From contig OY776215.1 of assembly GCA_963675495.1 (NCBI GenBank), positions 2,208,001-2,272,000 on the forward strand: a stretch of 64,000 nucleotides of DNA. The letters run 5' to 3'. The notes under the pieces were generated by a model that made no database searches, was not told the origin of the DNA, and worked only from the letters and a program-made list of their open reading frames with translations. The position numbers were made by a program, and so were the translations under genes. This DNA comes from an uncultured Methanolobus sp. (lineage in GTDB: Archaea; Halobacteriota; Methanosarcinia; Methanosarcinales; Methanosarcinaceae). Of this stretch, positions 1 to 11,698 are shown one piece after another (positions within the stretch are counted from its first letter, which is position 1; the number at the start of each line of letters is the position of its first letter).

Positions 1-1079
<1,079 letters not shown>

Positions 1080-1147
1080 TTAAAAATGTTCATTGTAAAT
1101 TATTTCTCTATTCTAGATGGATAAGAGCCACGGCTGACTCATAATTA

Positions 1148-1178
1148 AAAAAGAAAATAGGGAGCACCTAGGGTGCTA
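1148..1178 (-). terminator. Hairpin plus T-tract downstream of rpoL
   Basis: Minus strand reads agcacc-cta-ggtgct followed by ccctattttctttttt. Confidence 0.5.
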
Positions 1179-1189
1179 CTTCAAATTAC

Positions 1190-1468
1190 TTAGATATCTA
1201 TAGCGGTCTTAAAAACTGACATAAACTCGTCACACTGGGTAACCAGACTGTTTGCAGCATCCTTTACAACATCTATAGGATCTGCTCCATCTGTTCTCAC
1301 AAAAAGGATAGGGTCACTTATTGATACGTGTTTCATATCATATGTTGCTATCTGAACCCTTTTGTCATCGAGAAGAGTTGACTTAAGCATATTGAGAAGA
1401 GTATGATTTTCACCTATGATCTCAAGGTGCATCTCATCGTCAGTTTTATCAATGATCTTCAATTCCAT
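1190..1468 (-). CDS. rpoL: DNA-directed RNA polymerase subunit L (Rpo11)
   Basis: 92 aa, GENHTLLNMLK motif, downstream of csl4 as in the conserved archaeal gene order. Confidence 0.95.
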   Translation of the reverse strand: MELKIIDKTDDEMHLEIIGENHTLLNMLKSTLLDDKRVQIATYDMKHVSISDPILFVRTDGADPIDVVKDAANSLVTQCDEFMSVFKTAIDI

Positions 1469-1504
1469 CTTTATTTCACCTAATTATAATTATCAATATA
1501 ATGT

Positions 1505-2311
1505 TCAGACAATTCCTGTTCCGTAGTCAGAAGAGATCTTTCTTTTCTCTATGCGACCACATGTGGGACATTTTAGTCTGTTGTTGTCTTTTACAAGATC
1601 TGACCTGCATTTTGAGCAATAAGCTTTCATAACTCCAAGAGATTTACCATCAGTACTCAGACGCATATTCTGGGTATTAATTACCTTTGCTTTTACTACA
1701 TCTGAAAGGGCAAATTCCTGGCCGAGGTTCTTGACATATGAATCCTTGACGTTAGATACGTGGATAGCTGCTGCGCCGTTGGTCTGGAACTCACGGTCAC
1801 CCTTGCCTTTGATAGCTCCTATTTCCACCAATGCAACGGACTCACGCATATTGACCACGTTCCCAACAATGATGTCACCTTCAATTAATTCAGGTGGAGT
1901 ACTTGTCTGTGGGACAATGGAGATGATCCTTGATTTTCTGTCTATCCTTACATATCCGGTACCAAGTGAATGGATGTCTGCCACGTTGACATAGGTTCCA
2001 TTACCTGCCTTGAACTCTTCCGTAGTTCCTACGAAGTCACCAGGCATTACAAAAACACTTTCTTCGATATTAACGTCGTCTTCGGTATCCATGTCATCTT
2101 CTTCCGTAGACCCTTTCATGGGTTTCATATTCTTCTTTCCTGCTTCACTGTTTCTTCTTTGTACCTTTTCATCATTAGCGGAACCCTTTTTGGGTACACC
2201 AGTAGCTTTCGGTCCTTTAACTGGAACCTCTTCTTCGCCAACCTGCTGTTCTCCGGAATTAGATGATTTGATCTTCCTGCGTGAAGTCTTTCGTCTATTT
2301 CTTATTCTAAT
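1505..2311 (-). CDS. csl4: Exosome RNA-binding protein Csl4 (first ATG at 2128; frame open to a likely ATT start at 2311)
   Basis: VMPGDFVG..EEF, S1 domain IHVSNV, LGVMKAYCSKC..CPTC..EKRKIS Zn ribbon. The start position is inferred. Confidence 0.9.
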   Translation of the reverse strand: MRIRNRRKTSRRKIKSSNSGEQQVGEEEVPVKGPKATGVPKKGSANDEKVQRRNSEAGKKNMKPMKGSTEEDDMDTEDDVNIEESVFVMPGDFVGTTEEFKAGNGTYVNVADIHSLGTGYVRIDRKSRIISIVPQTSTPPELIEGDIIVGNVVNMRESVALVEIGAIKGKGDREFQTNGAAAIHVSNVKDSYVKNLGQEFALSDVVKAKVINTQNMRLSTDGKSLGVMKAYCSKCRSDLVKDNNRLKCPTCGRIEKRKISSDYGTGIV

Positions 2312-2400
2312 AAGAATCCCTCATATAATCTGAAATTAATATAAAAGTGCATAAGGTCCATGATATTTTTCAAGTAAGAACTGCATTAAATCATAAATTA

Positions 2401-2994
2401 TTATCGCACAATGCGATAGATTTCTACCTTTACCATTTCTACTTCTTTTTTATGAAATTTAAATGTTCGTTTTATTGGAAATGCCGTTGTGTACCAATCT
2501 GTTATCCTGGCATCGCCAATGAACTTATGAATAAAATCATGGCTCCCGCAATTATGAATGGAATATATCACATCACTGGCTTTCAACGCACTTAAAAGAA
2601 ACGGTCGGTCACTCCCTTTGGTCTGCGCACCAAACGGAGGGTTCATAATAACCGTGTCAGCATGCCCATCTACTTCGAAAATATCGTTGTGGACAAACTC
2701 TACATCTACTCCTAGTTTTTCAGCATTTTTCCGTGCAATCTCTAAAGCCTTATGGTCAATATCAAAACCGACTACCTTTTCAGCTCCAAGTAATTTTGCT
2801 CCAATCGCAAGCATTCCTGTGCCACACCCGAGGTCGAACACATCACCCTCAAGATCACCTTGCATGTAAGCAAAATGCAACATCTCAGCTGCAAGCAGTG
2901 CAGGGGTGGCATATTGTTCAAGGGAAGCACTGGGCTTATCAAAACCATCTACCTGCTCAAGTAAGATCTCAAGCTTTCGTTGCTTCAATTTCAT
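2401..2994 (-). CDS. METTL5-family N6-adenine RNA methyltransferase
   Basis: LEQYATP, DLGCGTG motif I, NPPFG motif IV. Confidence 0.9.
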   Translation of the reverse strand: MKLKQRKLEILLEQVDGFDKPSASLEQYATPALLAAEMLHFAYMQGDLEGDVFDLGCGTGMLAIGAKLLGAEKVVGFDIDHKALEIARKNAEKLGVDVEFVHNDIFEVDGHADTVIMNPPFGAQTKGSDRPFLLSALKASDVIYSIHNCGSHDFIHKFIGDARITDWYTTAFPIKRTFKFHKKEVEMVKVEIYRIVR

Positions 2995-3992
2995 TCACCT
3001 GTGATCTCATCGAATACAAGGTCTTCCCAATCCCTCTCACCAAGCACGATCTCAAACTCCATTGGGGTCAACATTGGTGCATTGAACCTTCCTACTTCAT
3101 CAACAGCAAGCCGGGGACATGCCGTATTCACAAAAGAGTCCACCTTGAACTGCAATAACTGGTCCGGGGTGACAAGATCCATTGTAAGAATATGGGCTTC
3201 CTTACCATGTTTCTTTGCCATGTTCTTCAGTTCTTCAGCAAGCTTCATTCGATCCTGTCCTGGTTTTGTAGATACCACTATACCAAAAACCTCAGCATCC
3301 AGTGATTTTGCTATCACCGCACTTCTTTGCCGGAGTATTCTGGAACTGTCAGCCTCACGAAGTTCATTCACAAATGGATCTGCGATAAGGACATGTTTCT
3401 TTGTTGCCAGCGAAACGCCAAGTGGGTGGAACTGTCCACTTCCAATGTATAGATACTCATCACACTCTTCTTTCCTTGCAGTAGAGAAATTACATCCCAG
3501 TACCTGTCCAGGGTATGCTATCTTACTATCGCCAGCACATATAACACATTCTTTGCCATGCTCTTTAAGGATTGAAGCTGCATCTTCCAGCTTATGCACG
3601 TGTTGAACCGTGCTTATCAGACCTATCTTCTGGCCCTGAAGCTCAGCAACAGCCAGCTTTACGACATCCTTAACATCCACAGCTGATCTTGTCTCAATGA
3701 AATAAACCTTCTGTGAAAGTTTGTTATCATCAAGGTGCGCATGGCCAAAGTGGAAAAGGATCTCTACTTTTTCCAGTAAAGCCACATCAAGGTCACATGC
3801 TCCGAAACACGGATTCCCGGATATAAATACAGTGACGTCAGTCTCATCCTCTATCCTTGAGGCAATTCCAGGGGAGCGCCTTTTGAAACCTTCCGGGAAC
3901 TGTAATCCTATGACCTTCGCATCTGTATCCTTAATGACAGAGATGATACGGTCAAGCTGAAAATCAAAAGCTTCTCCTTCACTCATGAGCAT
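2991..3992 (-). CDS. dph2: Diphthamide biosynthesis enzyme Dph2
   Basis: LQFPEG, CFGACD, GQVLGC, TACPR: the three Fe-S cysteines. Confidence 0.95.
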   Translation of the reverse strand: MLMSEGEAFDFQLDRIISVIKDTDAKVIGLQFPEGFKRRSPGIASRIEDETDVTVFISGNPCFGACDLDVALLEKVEILFHFGHAHLDDNKLSQKVYFIETRSAVDVKDVVKLAVAELQGQKIGLISTVQHVHKLEDAASILKEHGKECVICAGDSKIAYPGQVLGCNFSTARKEECDEYLYIGSGQFHPLGVSLATKKHVLIADPFVNELREADSSRILRQRSAVIAKSLDAEVFGIVVSTKPGQDRMKLAEELKNMAKKHGKEAHILTMDLVTPDQLLQFKVDSFVNTACPRLAVDEVGRFNAPMLTPMEFEIVLGERDWEDLVFDEITGE

Positions 3993-4542
3993 CCTCTATG
4001 GAAACACCTTTTTCAGTTACATCGATGCGTACCAGGGTCTTAACTTCGATTCCCATGTCCTTTAATCTTGAAAGGCCATCACCGCGTTCAATAATAACGA
4101 TTGTGTCTGTGACAACGGCGCCAATGCCTTCAAGAGCTTTCATTAATGATTCAAGAGTTCCACCTGTGCTTATGACGTCATCAACGATAAGCACCCTGTC
4201 TCCTTTTTTGACATCATTGACATAAAGCTCGCCTTTTGAGTAACCGGTTTCCTGTGAAAGTTTGATCTCGCCTTCAAGCTCATAGGGTCTTTTCCTTATT
4301 ATTGTGAATGGAACACCTGTTTTCATGGATATTGCTGTGGCAAGGGGGATACCCATGGCTTCTATAGCAAGTATCTTATCAAAATCCTTGCTGACCATTC
4401 CTAATATGTGTTCTGTGATCTCCTCAAGAAGCTCAGGTTTAAGTTGCGGAACTCCATCTGAGATGGGATGGATAAAATAATAGTACTCTCCCCTCTGCAC
4501 AATAGGTGCATTTAACAGGGATTCACGAAGTATCTTTAGCAT
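3979..4542 (-). CDS. hpt: Archaeal hypoxanthine/guanine phosphoribosyltransferase
   Basis: [22 protein letters not shown] motif [13 protein letters not shown]. Confidence 0.88.
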   Translation of the reverse strand: MLKILRESLLNAPIVQRGEYYYFIHPISDGVPQLKPELLEEITEHILGMVSKDFDKILAIEAMGIPLATAISMKTGVPFTIIRKRPYELEGEIKLSQETGYSKGELYVNDVKKGDRVLIVDDVISTGGTLESLMKALEGIGAVVTDTIVIIERGDGLSRLKDMGIEVKTLVRIDVTEKGVSIEDAHE

Positions 4543-4601
4543 AGTTACCGCTTACTACCTGCCAATATATAAAAATAGACCGTTAAAGTAAAACTCCATG
4601 G

Positions 4602-6182
4602 TCATACTGCCACAAAAGCTGTTTTTTCATCTCTCTCCTGCCTTATGGCAGAATACAGGGCTTCTTTGCTCAGTGACTTTGGATGATAATAGCTTCCGTT
4701 GCTTTGCATGGCAACTTCTCTGGAAAGCTCGGAACCGGTATTGCTTATGTCCACCACGAGAATGTTGACGTGATGGTCGGATATTTGTTTGCAGATCTGC
4801 ATGATCTCTCTTCTTATATTTCCTCCAAGGTGAAGGGGAGAGTTTGCTGTTCCGTCAGTGACCAATATCATGATAGGCACCGCAGATGGTTCTTTTTTTA
4901 CTTCCCTGATAAGGGTGTCCAGTCCCCTCAACAGTCCTGAAGCCATTGGGGTAGTGCCTCCGAAAGGTACTTTCTCAAGATAACGCTTTGCAGCTTCCAC
5001 CGATGAGGTGAAAGGAAGCACCAGTTCACCGGAACGTCCACTATATGTGACAAGTGAAACCCTGTCTCTGCGTTGGTATGCATCTTTCAGCAGAGCGAGA
5101 ACCACACTTGTAGTTATTTGGATCTTTTCATGTTCATCCATTGAACCGGATGTGTCAAAAACGATATTTATTAGACTGGAAATACGCCTCCTTCTAACCT
5201 TTTCCCGAATATCGCTTTTTTTGATCTCTATCTTCCCGTCCTTTGCATGCTGTGCTGCTGCGCGTACCGTTGGAGCAATGGCAATGTCAGTGATCTTCTC
5301 ACCAGGCATCCTGTATCTCACATAGCGCCCACGTTTGCTTTTGGTCAGCACCTCTGCCCGCCTTCCCGATTTTAATCTTCCTGTAGCAAGTCTTTTCTTC
5401 TGAGAACCACGGGCAAAATCATTTAGGATCTTACCAACTGTCTTGTCGTCTTTGAGGTCTTCAAGCAATTTCTCTGAGCTTGATTTTTCACAAGTTGACG
5501 TTGATCCATTTTCAAATTCTATTTCCAGGTCATCGTGACTGATAATCGGAACGTATTCTTTTGGAATCAGCTCTACACATATTTCTGGTTCATACAAGCA
5601 AACAGGGGACGATGACTCAAAGATAGTTTCTTCAAATGCTGCCTGCCGAGGTCCCTCTAAAACATATTCTTTCGTTGATTCGTCAGTTTCATTTGTTTCA
5701 TGTTTTAGCAGATCAGCAAAAATTGACTTATTGTGTTCATCTTCGTAAGATTCCTTTTTCCCAGACTGAACAAAAGTGTCTTCAGGTAACACATCAGCAA
5801 CTAATGAACTATCCGGGTCAGTCATCTCAGCAGGCAGTACGACTGCATAATTTTGCAGTGCATTATCCTGTTGATTTTTGAATGCTGCCGCCACTGCAGT
5901 ATCTGATGTACCTATGAGGGGTTTAAAGAATGCCTCTGGAGTCATTGTCATGTGATCTGAATCTGCCACAATATAGACATCCTCGATTTCAGCAGGCCTT
6001 ATTTGCTCCATATTTGAATACAGTTTATCATACAAGGTCTCAGTGTCTTCCTTTGATAATTCAGAAACGGAGTTTCTGGGGATGCGAAGGCCGAGTACAG
6101 GTGCACCTATGTGCATCACTTTTATGCCGTAATTGCGAGGAAGATTCCTGCGCAGGCGCTGAACAAGTTCACTCTCGCTCAT
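4602..6182 (-). CDS. ChlD/CobT-like vWA protein with unrecognised N-terminal domain and long acidic linker
   Basis: C-terminal DIAIAPTVRAAA, MIDAS DTSGS, DAYQRRDRV, GGTTP, TDG motifs; no Walker A. Confidence 0.82.
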   Translation of the reverse strand: MSESELVQRLRRNLPRNYGIKVMHIGAPVLGLRIPRNSVSELSKEDTETLYDKLYSNMEQIRPAEIEDVYIVADSDHMTMTPEAFFKPLIGTSDTAVAAAFKNQQDNALQNYAVVLPAEMTDPDSSLVADVLPEDTFVQSGKKESYEDEHNKSIFADLLKHETNETDESTKEYVLEGPRQAAFEETIFESSSPVCLYEPEICVELIPKEYVPIISHDDLEIEFENGSTSTCEKSSSEKLLEDLKDDKTVGKILNDFARGSQKKRLATGRLKSGRRAEVLTKSKRGRYVRYRMPGEKITDIAIAPTVRAAAQHAKDGKIEIKKSDIREKVRRRRISSLINIVFDTSGSMDEHEKIQITTSVVLALLKDAYQRRDRVSLVTYSGRSGELVLPFTSSVEAAKRYLEKVPFGGTTPMASGLLRGLDTLIREVKKEPSAVPIMILVTDGTANSPLHLGGNIRREIMQICKQISDHHVNILVVDISNTGSELSREVAMQSNGSYYHPKSLSKEALYSAIRQERDEKTAFVAV

Positions 6183-6195
6183 CCCCGCACCCCGC

Positions 6196-7317
6196 TTATA
6201 CCTTCCCGTCTACAACTGCCCTTAGTTGATCAACGCTGAATTCCTCTTCCTCAAATGGCTTCTTGCGCATCCTGTGCGGCAGGACCATTTCTGAGGCTTC
6301 GATAATATCATCATTGGTTATACGTTCTCTACTCTCATAGGCTGCATTTGTGCGAGCGGCACGCTCTATCATAATGTCTGCACGGTGTCCATCCACATTG
6401 AAAGCAATGCATATCTCTGCAATTGTACGTAAATTCTCTCTTGTAGCAGTCACCCTTGGAAGCATCTGCATGGCCTTTACGATCTTTGAGCGCAGTTTCT
6501 CCTGTTCAGCTTCAAATTCGCGAATGAACTGTTTTTGATCGTCATTGAACCTATTTCGCCTTTCTACGATCTCGATACGTTGCTCGACATCATAGATACC
6601 GGTGACCTCTACCTGCAATGCTATCCTGTCAAGCAGTTGCGGGCGAAGTTCTCCTTCTTCCGGGTTCATACTACCTACTATAATGAAATTTGCAGGATGG
6701 CTGACACTTACTCCTTCACGTTCAACGGTATTCACATTCATTGCTGCAGCATCGAGTAGTGCATCAACGACAAAATCATCCAGCAGGTTTATCTCATCAA
6801 CATAGAGGATACCACGGTTTGCCTGGGCGAGAATGCCTGGATCAAATGCCTGTACACCCTGACGAACAGCTTTTTCGATGTCCAGACTGCCAACAACTCT
6901 ATCTTCGGTGGCACCTACCGGGAGGTCCACTACTTTCATCTGGCGTTTATTGGCATGGAGTGTGGCTTTCCTTTTCTTCTCGGCACACTCCCAGCAGAAA
7001 TTCTCGGGGTCTTTCGGGTCACAGTTGAATTTACATCCCTCTACGACTTCTATCTCTGGAAGTACCTCTGCCAGACCTCTTACAGCAGTAGATTTAGCTG
7101 TACCCTTCTGTCCGCGTATAAGTACTCCTCCAATCGAAGGATTTATTGTGTTCAATATAAGTGCCCTGAGCATTTTTTCCTGCCCGACTATGGCTGATAT
7201 TGGATAAAGCACCCTTTCTGTCTTTGTGGCCTTGCGGGCAATATCTTCCAGATATTGTGAAGGCTCTTCCACGGTTTTTGGAACTTCTTTTATTGTTCCT
7301 GTAATACTTGAACTCAT
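6196..7317 (-). CDS. Mg/Co-chelatase subunit I (ChlI-like) AAA+ ATPase
   Basis: [48 protein letters not shown]. Confidence 0.9.
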   Translation of the reverse strand: MSSSITGTIKEVPKTVEEPSQYLEDIARKATKTERVLYPISAIVGQEKMLRALILNTINPSIGGVLIRGQKGTAKSTAVRGLAEVLPEIEVVEGCKFNCDPKDPENFCWECAEKKRKATLHANKRQMKVVDLPVGATEDRVVGSLDIEKAVRQGVQAFDPGILAQANRGILYVDEINLLDDFVVDALLDAAAMNVNTVEREGVSVSHPANFIIVGSMNPEEGELRPQLLDRIALQVEVTGIYDVEQRIEIVERRNRFNDDQKQFIREFEAEQEKLRSKIVKAMQMLPRVTATRENLRTIAEICIAFNVDGHRADIMIERAARTNAAYESRERITNDDIIEASEMVLPHRMRKKPFEEEEFSVDQLRAVVDGKV

Positions 7318-7377
7318 ATTATCGCCTTTTCCAGCATGAAATCTTACATATTGTCACTTGTTATTTATCGCTTGAAT

Positions 7378-7785
7378 TTACAGATATCTTAGAATAATCG
7401 CAGAAATCAGAGCCAGGAACAGGAGTATAAGGCCTCCTACAAAAAAACTAAACACTATTCTGATATGCACTTTCTTTTCCGCGTTCTTTGCAAGTCCATT
7501 AAGTTCGTACAATGAGAATGAAGAACTTAGCAGGAAAAGGATCGATGACAATAGCAACAATGAACCTGCTACGAGGATATACTCTGCTGTCCATGTAAGA
7601 GCCTTTGCATTCAAAAGATCAAGAAAAAAGTCTTTCCCATGTCTCACATACGAAGCCGTGATCCATAACATGGTGTATGCAATTTCTGCGGCGCCCATTA
7701 TTACCGAGCAGATCGCAGTTGTCATAAGCGTGACCATCATCCCTATGTCAGGGATTTTAATATCGATTTTCCATTCATCACCCAC
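7378..7785 (-). CDS. Hypothetical membrane protein (about 3 TM helices)
   Basis: 135 aa hydrophobic ORF, GTG start with AAGGTGA RBS. Confidence 0.65.
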   Translation of the reverse strand: MGDEWKIDIKIPDIGMMVTLMTTAICSVIMGAAEIAYTMLWITASYVRHGKDFFLDLLNAKALTWTAEYILVAGSLLLLSSILFLLSSSFSLYELNGLAKNAEKKVHIRIVFSFFVGGLILLFLALISAIILRYL

Positions 7786-7934
7786 AATTTCACCTTGAGA
7801 GTCTGTTTTGTATGGTATTCTCTCTAATTGAAGATATCCAATATATGTATTAAAATAATAAAAATATATGCATTAAAATATTTACTGGTGTCAAGGGCAA
7901 TAAAAAGAAAAAACAGCAGAACTATTGCAAAGTT

Positions 7935-8852
7935 CTACATTATTCTGAACTGTTCAAGTATATGTCTGGACAGATCATTACTTACATCCACGGACTTCAT
8001 CAAAGTATCAGTTCTGGATACTTCACATAGATCACTAAACTTTTTGTCATCAATTGTGTCACGCTCATCGAGTATCATGTGATCAAGGAAATCAGAATAA
8101 TATGAAGCAACGCCATAGGATGACACTTCAATTCTCCTTGCAGCCATTAATTTACCAGCCGGACCGCTCACAGGTTCTGTCCCAATGATGGGACTTACGG
8201 CAATGACCTTTTTATTTTCGAGTATATTTCGCATCCCTGGTAGTTCAATGATTGGTCCAATGCTTGTTATTGGATTGCTAGGGCCAATGAGGACCTCATC
8301 TTCATTTTCAAGTGCTTCCAAAACAGCAGGGGATATGGAAGCCTTTTCGATGCCTTCCTGACATACTTCAAGAACATCAGGCTTGCCGTGCTTTCCAATC
8401 CAGAACTCCTGGAAATGCATCTTCCCTTCAGGTGTACTTATCATGGAGGATACTGGGTCATTGGACATGGGTAGCACCTTTGCCTTCACTCCAAAGGATT
8501 GGCAAAGCTGAGTTATGGCTTCTGTAAGTGTCATTCCTCTGCGGATAAGGTCTGAGCGAATTATGTTGGTCGCGCGGTCAAGATCGCCCAACATCATAAG
8601 CTCGTTGTGTCCCAGTGCTTTCATAGTTTCATTAGTTATGTAAGTGTCACCTTTAACGCCCCACCAGCGAATGGTGTCCAATCTACCCGATAATAGGTAG
8701 AGTACAGTGTCAATGTCCGGGGTGACCAGGTTTCCTGATATCCATACATCTTCTGCAGTATTTACCACAATTGTGATCTCTTCTTCAGGGATTACTTCGC
8801 GAAGGCCGTTCAATAGTTTGGGAGTACCGGTGCCGCCTGAGAAAATTATCAT
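7935..8852 (-). CDS. cofD: 2-phospho-L-lactate transferase (F420 biosynthesis)
   Basis: SGGTGTPK, PDIDTVLY, HFQEFW, IGPSNPITSI, VSGPA; start moved to ATG 8852. Confidence 0.95.
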   Translation of the reverse strand: MIIFSGGTGTPKLLNGLREVIPEEEITIVVNTAEDVWISGNLVTPDIDTVLYLLSGRLDTIRWWGVKGDTYITNETMKALGHNELMMLGDLDRATNIIRSDLIRRGMTLTEAITQLCQSFGVKAKVLPMSNDPVSSMISTPEGKMHFQEFWIGKHGKPDVLEVCQEGIEKASISPAVLEALENEDEVLIGPSNPITSIGPIIELPGMRNILENKKVIAVSPIIGTEPVSGPAGKLMAARRIEVSSYGVASYYSDFLDHMILDERDTIDDKKFSDLCEVSRTDTLMKSVDVSNDLSRHILEQFRIM

Positions 8853-8910
8853 GTTTATTCTCTTCCTGTTTATCGGAATATCATTATAAGATGACGCATA
8901 TTTGAAATGT

Positions 8911-10113
8911 ATGAAAGTCATCCGTGACCCGATTCATGGTTATATTGAGCTTGACACGCTCACGTTATCACTTATAGATTCCCCTCAGGTCCAACGCCTT
9001 AGAAGGATAAGCCAGCTTGGGCTATCAAACCTTGTGTATCCTGGAGCGAATCATACTCGTTTTGAGCATTCCCTTGGCGTGATGCATCTCGCAACCATGC
9101 TCACAGGGAAAATCGATTCCGTGGCAGACGATGAAAAAGAGGAATTAAAGGTTGCAGCTCTTCTTCATGATGTCGGACATGGTCCATTTTCGCATGTTAC
9201 TGAAGGTCTTACCAAACACTATACAAGACAACGGCATGAGGATGTCAGGGTAATGCTGAAAAAGGGTGAAATTGGCGATATACTTAATGAACATGGTTTG
9301 AACCCCGCAACAATCGAGGACCACATTCAGGGAAAGACAGACCTTGGAAAGATACTCAACAGTGAGATAGATGTGGATAGAATGGACTATCTTGTTAGAG
9401 ATTCCCATTACACGGGGGTGGCTTTCGGTCTTGTGGACCACGTCAGACTCATCAATGAGATGAAGTTCTATGAGAACAAACTTGTTGTCACAGCAGGTGG
9501 TGTCAAGGCAGCTGAGTCACTTCTCGTTTCCAGATTTCTTATGCATCCTTCTGTTTATTATCATCATGTTTCCCGAATAGGGGAAACCATGTTCACAAGA
9601 GCAGTGGATGATCTGATCCAAAAGAAGTCATTAAATGCTTTTGATCTGCGAAAAATGGATGATTCCAGACTTTTCGAAATGATACGCAATGACGATGGCT
9701 ATGCCGGGGAGCTGGCAGCTAAATTAGATGACAGGAAGCTCTACAAGAGGGCTCTATATGTAGGATTTGATGAGGTTGGTGAAGGGGTGCTCAAACATCG
9801 AAAGCACATCGAAAGAATAGAGGTGGAGATCGCAGAAGATGTTGGTATTGAGCCGAAAAATATTCTTATAGATATTCCAAAGAGTCCTGAAATAGCTGAA
9901 ATGAAAGCGCTGGTGAAGGTGAATAACAGGATGTTACGCCTGGATGAAGCTTCAAACGTTGTTGCAACACTCGAACAGGCCCATCGCGATAACTGGAAAA
10001 TGGGGGTCTACACTCCAAAGGAATACAGGGATGCTGTAACTAAAGCCGCGAAAGTCTTCTTTGATGTAAAGAGGACAACAAAACAGTTCCGTCTGAATGA
10101 GATTGAGGTGTAA
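8911..10113 (+). CDS. HD-domain phosphohydrolase (SAMHD1/dNTPase-like)
   Basis: IRDPIHG, QRLRRISQLG, HTRFEHSLG, HDVGHGPFSH, DVDRMDY. Confidence 0.9.
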   Translation: MKVIRDPIHGYIELDTLTLSLIDSPQVQRLRRISQLGLSNLVYPGANHTRFEHSLGVMHLATMLTGKIDSVADDEKEELKVAALLHDVGHGPFSHVTEGLTKHYTRQRHEDVRVMLKKGEIGDILNEHGLNPATIEDHIQGKTDLGKILNSEIDVDRMDYLVRDSHYTGVAFGLVDHVRLINEMKFYENKLVVTAGGVKAAESLLVSRFLMHPSVYYHHVSRIGETMFTRAVDDLIQKKSLNAFDLRKMDDSRLFEMIRNDDGYAGELAAKLDDRKLYKRALYVGFDEVGEGVLKHRKHIERIEVEIAEDVGIEPKNILIDIPKSPEIAEMKALVKVNNRMLRLDEASNVVATLEQAHRDNWKMGVYTPKEYRDAVTKAAKVFFDVKRTTKQFRLNEIEV

Positions 10114-10114
10114 G

Positions 10115-10474
10115 ATGCATCATATAAGGAAGGCAGTAGGTAGGATAAGCCTTGAACTTGAATGGAAAAAGGCAGGAGCTGATCATATTGCCTGTCTTAC
10201 AGGTGGGGAAAAACATGTTGGGGCTGTAGCTGTGGGTTTTTATGATGAATCTTCTGGCAGGGCATCATCTTCGGTAATAACAAACCCAGGACACAGGGAA
10301 ACGGATATTGCGTTACTTGGAGCAAAGGTATTCAGTGAAGCCAGCAAGTCTACATCGGTTTTTATAGTTGGTATTCATCTGGACAACATTACGAAAAAAG
10401 AGATAGTGGAAATTGTCTCTGTTTCAGAGGAAATGATCGATGAACTGTCGGTCATTATTCGGGAGGGTTTTTAA
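10115..10474 (+). CDS. LpdD-like (prenylated-FMN chaperone-like) protein
   Basis: GGEKHVGAVA, PGHRE, GIHLDNIT motifs as recalled for LpdD; stop overlaps ubiX start. Confidence 0.65.
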   Translation: MHHIRKAVGRISLELEWKKAGADHIACLTGGEKHVGAVAVGFYDESSGRASSSVITNPGHRETDIALLGAKVFSEASKSTSVFIVGIHLDNITKKEIVEIVSVSEEMIDELSVIIREGF

Positions 10475-11025
10475 TGGAAATAGTAATAGGTATCAGCGGG
10501 GCATCTGGTTCTGCTTATGGGATTCGTCTACTGGAGATACTTTCAAAGACAGACATTATGACCCACCTGGTCATAACAAGGGCTGCAAAGCAGATAATCG
10601 AGATAGAAACAGACTATGAGCTAAGTTACGTCGAAGGACTTGCAGATGCATTATACGATGAAAGTGATTTCACAGCTCCTATTGCAAGTGGTTCTCACAA
10701 GTTCGATGGGATGGTAGTTGCACCGTGCAGTATGAAGACGCTTGGGGAGATCTCAGGGGGGATGTCTGATAACCTGCTTGGAAGGGTTGCTGATGTTTGT
10801 CTAAAAGAGAGGAGAAAACTCGTCCTGATGCCGCGGGAAACTCCTCTGAGTCAGATACACCTTGAAAATATGCTCCGTCTTGAAAGGGCTGGCGGGATTA
10901 TTCTTCCTGCATCCCCTGGATTCTATTCAAGGCCGCAGACAATTGATGATCTTGTGAATTCAATGGCAGGACGCGCCCTGGACCTGATGGGCATTGACAA
11001 TGAAGTATACGAACGCTGGGGATGA
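10474..11025 (+). CDS. ubiX: Flavin prenyltransferase UbiX
   Basis: GISGASG, IASGS, PCSMKTL, LKERR, RETPL, PGFY. Confidence 0.95.
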   Translation: MEIVIGISGASGSAYGIRLLEILSKTDIMTHLVITRAAKQIIEIETDYELSYVEGLADALYDESDFTAPIASGSHKFDGMVVAPCSMKTLGEISGGMSDNLLGRVADVCLKERRKLVLMPRETPLSQIHLENMLRLERAGGIILPASPGFYSRPQTIDDLVNSMAGRALDLMGIDNEVYERWG

Positions 11026-11082
11026 TAAGGCTCAATCCTGTCGTTTCAGAAGACCGATTGTAATAAAATACTTTTTGAGACT

Positions 11083-11110
11083 AATGGGGTTTCTTACAAC
11101 ACCCATTTTC
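11083..11110 (+). terminator. Putative hairpin terminator after ubiX
   Basis: aatggggtt-tcttac-aacacccatt followed by T residues. Confidence 0.35.
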
Positions 11111-11222
11111 TTGTCAAAACGCTTTTTTCATTGATTTTTTCTACATTTTTGCCCATGGTATCCTCATTCTCACGAAACCTTTTTATGCGATAACTGCTAT
11201 TTCAGAGCTACCCCTTCTGATT

Positions 11223-11300
11223 GGGATAGTAGGGTAGCTTGGTCCATCCTCGAGCGTTTGGGACGCTTGGACTGCGGTTCAAATCCGCGCTATCCCACCA
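11223..11300 (+). tRNA. tRNA-Pro (anticodon TGG), CCA encoded
   Basis: Acceptor stem GGGATAG/CTATCCC, anticodon loop TTTGGGA, T-loop GGTTCAAATCC, ACCA end, T-tract after. Confidence 0.96.
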
Positions 11301-11395
11301 GAATTTTTTTAATTGTTTATAGCGTTGATTTTCAATATTTTGTAGATTTTTACATGGATTAGTTTTATAACATATACGTAGTGAATAATGTCCCC

Positions 11396-11677
11396 ATGGC
11401 AAACGTTAAGGTGAAACTTTTTGCAAACTTAAGAGAGATTGCACAAACATCCTCATTAACACTTACAGGAGATTCTGTAAAGGACGTTCTGTTTTCCCTT
11501 ACAGAACAGTACCCTCCTTTGAATGAACTCATATTTGAAACAGGTGAAGACGTGAAACTTTGCGGTTACATCAATGTGTTTCTTAATGGAAACAACATCA
11601 AACACATGGAAGGACTGGCTACTATTCTTAATGACGATGATGAACTGGGAGTCTTTCCTCCTGTATCAGGCGGATGA
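11396..11677 (+). CDS. MoaD/SAMP1-like ubiquitin-like sulfur carrier
   Basis: VKLFANLRE..FPPVSGG with C-terminal diglycine; adjacent to moeA. Confidence 0.9.
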   Translation: MANVKVKLFANLREIAQTSSLTLTGDSVKDVLFSLTEQYPPLNELIFETGEDVKLCGYINVFLNGNNIKHMEGLATILNDDDELGVFPPVSGG

Positions 11678-11698
11678 ATCACACCGGATGGGACAAGA

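Noticed and set aside
11280-11400. tRNA-Pro as an integration site
   Set aside because: No duplicated tRNA 3' end or integrase seen; downstream genes are housekeeping
11208-11402. 64-aa minus-strand ORF
   Set aside because: Antisense to tRNA-Pro
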